Assembly (NCBI GenBank): GCA_963783305.1
Contig: CAWAMW010000011.1
Coordinates: forward strand, 64,001 to 128,000
DNA length: 64,000 bases
Source: an uncultured Gemmatimonadales bacterium
GTDB taxonomy: Bacteria; Gemmatimonadota; Gemmatimonadetes; Longimicrobiales; RSA9
Reading direction: 5' to 3'
The notes under the pieces are model-generated. The model had not been told where the DNA came from, searched no databases, and saw only the letters and a list, made by a program, of their open reading frames with translations. A program made the translations under genes and the position numbers. Shown in pieces: positions 59,958-64,000 of this stretch. The stretch's first letter is position 1. Every line of letters starts with the position of its first letter.

Positions 59958-60185
59958 CGTGTCGGGACTTCATCGCCGCTCCAGCGGCCACGAGTGTCGT
60001 GGCAGCGCGACAACGTGGGGGATCCGTACAGCGACCGCTCAGGACACACCGGCGGCACGACCTTCCCGGAGGCGTTGTCGCAGAGGCATATCCTGCGGAC
60101 GAGCCGCCCGACCTGGATTGGGAACGGTTCTTACAGTGAATGATGGGTCGATCGGTTGTGTTCCTGCCCCCGGGAGAATGGATCG

Positions 60186-60881
60186 ATGCCTATCAGAGCC
60201 GCAGCTGCACTCCTCGCCCTCGCGCTGAGCGCGAACGTCGCCCCCGCCCAGGTCTGGACCGACTGGCTGGTGGAGAGTCCGGGCACCGTGACGGGCGAGA
60301 TGGTCTTTTCTCAGGTCGTCGATGTGACATACACCGGGAACCACTATGGGGACCGGACCTACACCGACGATCCCGCGACCCCCTGGAGCTGGAACTACTC
60401 GGTCTACGAGATCGCGGGAGCAGGCAGCCAGCCCCCCACGACGGACCAGATCGGCTTCAGCGCGGCTTCCACGAATCGGCTGGTCTTCTCCCGGCCCGTG
60501 GTCGACCCGTTCATCGCGATCATGAGCCAGGGCCAGAGCGGATTACCCGTCCGCTACACGTTTACCGACCCCTTCACCGTCATCTCCGAAGGGGCCGGCT
60601 ACTGGGGCGACGGGACGTACATGACCGACGCCGGCTGCGGCCCGAACGGCGCGTGCGGCTCTCTCAGCAGCTGGATCGAGGGCAGGGAGTTCCACGGCAT
60701 GATCCAGTTCTCGGGGACGTACTCGGAGCTGAACTGGGTTTCCACCGCGGAGAACTGGCACTCGGTCACCGTGGGCGCCCACGGCGTAGTCCCGGAGCCC
60801 GCTACCCTGCTTCTGCTGGGCACCGGCCTGATCGGTTTGGCCGGATTGGCCTGGCGTCGCAAAGAGCGTGACGAGGAGTAG
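60186..60881 (+). CDS. PEP-CTERM sorting-domain exoprotein
   Basis: Signal peptide; Thr/Ser/Trp-rich body; VPEPATLLLLGTGLIGLAGLAWRRK; ATG 60186. Confidence 0.9.
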   Translation: MPIRAAAALLALALSANVAPAQVWTDWLVESPGTVTGEMVFSQVVDVTYTGNHYGDRTYTDDPATPWSWNYSVYEIAGAGSQPPTTDQIGFSAASTNRLVFSRPVVDPFIAIMSQGQSGLPVRYTFTDPFTVISEGAGYWGDGTYMTDAGCGPNGACGSLSSWIEGREFHGMIQFSGTYSELNWVSTAENWHSVTVGAHGVVPEPATLLLLGTGLIGLAGLAWRRKERDEE

Positions 60882-60914
60882 CCGGCACGCTTCCTCAGAG
60901 CCGGTCCAGGAGGC

Positions 60915-60946
60915 ACGGGCGCCCTGCTGGGAGGGGCGCCCGTTTT
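60915..60946 (+). terminator. Intrinsic terminator between the two PEP-CTERM genes
   Basis: ACGGGCGCCC / GGGCGCCCGT followed by TTT. Confidence 0.75.
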
Positions 60947-61018
60947 CCACTCCGTCCGTTCCGGATCGTAGTTGACGGCCGCGGCACCCCCCGCAGCAAA
61001 CCCCTCGGAGAGAGAACT

Positions 61019-61624
61019 ATGACCTGGCTTCGACAATGGCGCGTACTGGTGGCAGCAGTGGCAGCCACGCTGGCGATCGTGAATTCTCCCGCGCGTGCCC
61101 AGGTCTTTGTGGGCGATCTCGAAGGCGCTCAGGAGGTGCCTTCCAATATCTCGCCCGGAACGGGAACGGCGACGGTCACGCTCAGCGGCGACTTCCTGAA
61201 CGTCCAGGCCGTGTTTTCCGACCTCATTGGCACCACGGTGGCGGCGCACATCCACTGCTGCGCTCCGGCGGGCGCCAACGCTGGAGTGGCCAGCCCCGTG
61301 CCGAGCTTCCCTGGATTCCCGCTGGGCGTCACGAGCGGCATATACTCGCAGATCTTCGATCTGAGCCTGGCGAGCGCCTACAATCCTTCCTTCGTCACCG
61401 CCCAGGGGGGTCTGGCCGGAGCCCAGGCCGCATTCGTGGCGGGGCTGATCAGCGGGAACGCCTATTTCAACATTCACACGACCGCGTTCGCGGGTGGTGA
61501 GATCCGCGGCCAGCTCCTCCAGCAGACCACCGTCCCGGAGCCCGCGACACTGGTTCTGCTCCTGACCGGGCTGCTGGGCCTGGGCGTGGCGCGCAGGCGA
61601 CGCCGGGTTACAGACGACGAGTGA
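61019..61624 (+). CDS. CHRD-domain PEP-CTERM exoprotein
   Basis: LEGAQEVP..SPGTG.A, AAHIH, AYFNIHT..F.GGEIRGQL (CHRD); VPEPATLVLLLTGLLGLGVARRRRR. Confidence 0.92.
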   Translation: MTWLRQWRVLVAAVAATLAIVNSPARAQVFVGDLEGAQEVPSNISPGTGTATVTLSGDFLNVQAVFSDLIGTTVAAHIHCCAPAGANAGVASPVPSFPGFPLGVTSGIYSQIFDLSLASAYNPSFVTAQGGLAGAQAAFVAGLISGNAYFNIHTTAFAGGEIRGQLLQQTTVPEPATLVLLLTGLLGLGVARRRRRVTDDE

Positions 61625-61760
61625 GGTGGGGCGGCCCGCGAGGTCGCTCCCACGATCGGATCGCGTGGCGGAGGAATCCGTGGCTCTGGGGGAAGCGCTT
61701 CGGGTCGGCTCCCCCGATGAACCCCGGGGCGTCCGCGTCGGTCCGGCAACGCGCCCGCGC

Positions 61761-63305
61761 TCAGTCCCTGAGCTCCCTGTCGATCCAGCTCATCAGCGCG
61801 GCGGCGGCCGCTTCCGAGTAGAGGACCGGCGTGCCCCCCATCTCGCGGATCCACGCCGCGTCTGCCTCCTCGAATACGCGGACGATAGTCGGCACCCCGC
61901 GCGCGTACTCCAGCAGCCGACGGTTGTCCTCCGGGCGGCGGATCGTTGAGGTGATGATGCGGGCCTCTCGCGCGCGCGCCTCGTGCAGCACCGCGAGGTC
62001 GCTGGCGTCCCCGCGGATCACGTGGAGATCCGCGTCCCGGAGTCGCGCCACCACGTCGGGGTCGTCATCCACCACCACCACCTCGTAGTCCGCGCCGAGG
62101 AGCGTCTCCAGGAGGGGCATCCCCGTGGCGCCCGACCCGAGCACCAGCACGTGGCCGGTGAGAGGGGGCATGGTGCGCGCCCGGCGCCGCACCGGGTGAA
62201 GGTGCATGAGCGCCCAGGCCACGCGGTCGGTGGCGAGGATGGGCGTCAGCAGCATGGTCAGGAGCGTCATCAGCGCGATCACCGTGAATACGCTCTGGGA
62301 GATCTGTCCCTCCATCATCCCGTGGAGCCCGACGACCAGCGAGAGCTCACTGGCCTGGGCGAGGAGGAGTCCGGACTCGATGGCCGGCCGCGCCGAGAGC
62401 CCCGCGCGCTCGGCGACGAGGGTCACGAGCGGAGGGGTCAGCACGATGAGCAGGGCGGCCAGGACCAGGGCCTGGAATATCTCCAGCGAGCTCGGGATCC
62501 CGATGAGGGCGCCCAGCGCCGTGAAGAAGATGGCCGAGAAGAAGTCGCCGATGGACGCCAGCTGCGGCCGGACCAGCGCGTCCACGGGGAACCCGGAGAG
62601 CGCCACGCCGGCCAGCAGTGCGCCCACCACCAGCGGGAGCCCGAGCCAGCCGGCGAGGGCGATGAACACGAACAGGAGCGCGAGCGTGGCGAGCAGGAGG
62701 GCCTCGTCGTCGCCGTCCAGCCGCACGAGCTGCGGCCCGACCCAGCGCCAGGCGGCGGCGGCCAGCAGCAGTAGCGCCGCCACTGATCCGAGCCCGTAGA
62801 CCAGCGCGCCGGGGCCCTCGGGTGTCCGGGTCATGAGCGGGATGAGCAAAATGACGAGCAGGTCCTGAAGCAGGAGCACGCCAATGACCAGGCGAGCGAA
62901 GGGCTCGAACATGCGCCGACGTCGCCGCAGCAGCCGCACGACGACGAGGGTGGAGCTGGCGGTGAGGGCCAGCGCCACGTAGGCGGCGCTGAGTGGATCG
63001 AGGCCGAGCAGCAGCGCCACGCCCAGGCCCGCGAGTCCGAGAATCGTGAACTGCACGAGACCTACGCGCAGGGCCGCGTCCCGCTGCCCGCCGGTCCGGC
63101 GCGGGCTGAGCTCGATCCCGGTGATGAAGAGGAGGAACGTGATCCCGAGGATCAGTGCCTCCTCCAGGAACTCGCCGGAGAGGCGGCCGGTCTGCGCGAG
63201 CGCCACCCCGGCGAGGAGGAGGAGCGGGACAGGAGGGGCATGGATCGCCTTGGCGAGGGCGTAGGCGACGGCGGCCGCGGTGAGGAGGAGCGCGATGGCC
63301 GTCAT
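61761..63305 (-). CDS. CPA2 cation:proton antiporter with C-terminal RCK/TrkA-N domain (Kef-like)
   Basis: GITFLLFITGIELS, SSTLVVVRLL, GVLLLQD, FFTALG, LAQASE; HVLVLGSGATG..VVDDDP..RGDASD. Confidence 0.88.
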   Translation of the reverse strand: MTAIALLLTAAAVAYALAKAIHAPPVPLLLLAGVALAQTGRLSGEFLEEALILGITFLLFITGIELSPRRTGGQRDAALRVGLVQFTILGLAGLGVALLLGLDPLSAAYVALALTASSTLVVVRLLRRRRRMFEPFARLVIGVLLLQDLLVILLIPLMTRTPEGPGALVYGLGSVAALLLLAAAAWRWVGPQLVRLDGDDEALLLATLALLFVFIALAGWLGLPLVVGALLAGVALSGFPVDALVRPQLASIGDFFSAIFFTALGALIGIPSSLEIFQALVLAALLIVLTPPLVTLVAERAGLSARPAIESGLLLAQASELSLVVGLHGMMEGQISQSVFTVIALMTLLTMLLTPILATDRVAWALMHLHPVRRRARTMPPLTGHVLVLGSGATGMPLLETLLGADYEVVVVDDDPDVVARLRDADLHVIRGDASDLAVLHEARAREARIITSTIRRPEDNRRLLEYARGVPTIVRVFEEADAAWIREMGGTPVLYSEAAAAALMSWIDRELRD

Positions 63306-63307
63306 GC

Positions 63308-64000
63308 TCAGCCTATTACTCCTGCATCCCGCAGCGCTCCCGCGACCTGCCGGATGCCGTCGTACTTCGAGACCATGACGTGGGTGGCCCCCTCAGCGAG
63401 CAGCTCTTCCGCCAGGCTCGGGTCGAAGGCGTGGATGCTCGACGGTACCCCCGCCTGCCTGGAGCGGTAGGCGAGCAGCTTGTTGGCGTCCTCGATCTGG
63501 AGCGCCGAGACCAGCAGCCGCGCCCGGGGCAGCCTCGCCTCGGCCAGGACCGACGGGTGCTCGGTGCTGCCCTGGAGCGTCGGGCAGGGGAGGTCCGAGA
63601 GCTTCGCTGCGTCCACATCCAGTGCCAGAACCGTCTCCCCTCGCGCCACGAGATCCCGGACGATCCGACGGCCCAGCGAGTTCATGCCCACCACGATGAC
63701 GTGGTCCGCCAGCTCCGGCTCGCCCGCCGGCTCGGACGTGGGGGCTGCACGGAAGACGGCCAGGGCACCTCTCTTCCACAGCCGCTGGTACCACACATCT
63801 CCCGACTGGATCAGCGCGGCCGAGGTCCCCATGGTCACCAGACCGACCATGCCCACGACCGAGAGGAAGAGCTCGTCCACGAGACCGGCGCTGAACGCGA
63901 GCGCGGCCACAATGAAGGAGAACTCGCTGATCTGCCCGAGCGTGAGCGACGCCAGGAAGGCGGTGCGCTCGCCATAGCCGAAGCGGGGGATGAGCGCCAT
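63308..64000 (-). CDS. Second CPA2-RCK transporter (partial, 5' end outside window)
   Basis: LGQISEFSFIV, TM helices, DHVIVVGMNSLG RCK domain; stop codon 2 nt before the next start. Confidence 0.85.
   Translation of the reverse strand: MALIPRFGYGERTAFLASLTLGQISEFSFIVAALAFSAGLVDELFLSVVGMVGLVTMGTSAALIQSGDVWYQRLWKRGALAVFRAAPTSEPAGEPELADHVIVVGMNSLGRRIVRDLVARGETVLALDVDAAKLSDLPCPTLQGSTEHPSVLAEARLPRARLLVSALQIEDANKLLAYRSRQAGVPSSIHAFDPSLAEELLAEGATHVMVSKYDGIRQVAGALRDAGVIG

Noticed and set aside
59883..60344. Short ORFs overlapping the tRNA and its downstream spacer
   Set aside because: They start inside the tRNA or terminator and have no coding signature.
60882..60997. sigma-54 promoter for the CHRD PEP-CTERM gene (GGCAC at 60884 and 60983)
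   Set aside because: Neither has GC at the required N10 spacing, and the first lies upstream of a terminator.
61626..61653. Hairpin between the convergent CHRD and CPA2 genes as a called terminator
   Set aside because: Imperfect stem with no U-tract on either strand; plausible but too weak to list as a feature.
59842..64000. Integrative element or prophage at tRNA-Met
   Set aside because: No integrase, transposase or phage gene and no duplicated tRNA 3' end within the window; an element extending beyond the edge cannot be excluded.

Overview
A GC-rich core-genome segment, by gene content and order most likely from a Gemmatimonadota (Longimicrobiales-like) bacterium; this assignment is inference. 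About 60 genes run almost uninterrupted on the + strand: ftsK-lolA-rimO, lnt-rpmE-prfA-prmC, an inositol-lipid pair (CDP-alcohol phosphotransferase + ino1), tmk-ctpA, obgE-dprA-hemW-hrcA-dnaJ-prmA, mutS2-dnaG-recJ-rsmD-coaD-pta, a STAS/RsbW/PP2C partner-switching trio, rsmA, rex-arcA, an acyl-CoA/amino-acid catabolic run, glyA, nnr-thiL-plsC-eno-ftsB. The last 5 kb look more accessory: an orphan pilin-like gene, tRNA-Met(CAT), two PEP-CTERM proteins and two tandem CPA2-RCK transporters on the - strand. I found no CRISPR array, integrase, transposase or prophage, and no clear-cut new multi-gene system. Best leads: a perfect Rex operator over the promoter of rex-arcA-exonuclease, just downstream of a kinase-dead-looking histidine kinase; a near-consensus sigma-54 promoter driving the sigma-less partner-switching module; a lipobox-bearing LolA on a ~120-aa tether; Bacteroides-type inositol lipid genes; a large RimO insertion; catalytic-residue substitutions in RecJ and a Gfo/Idh/MocA protein; and a small REP-like repeat family. 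All calls come from motif recognition by eye, with no database searches.
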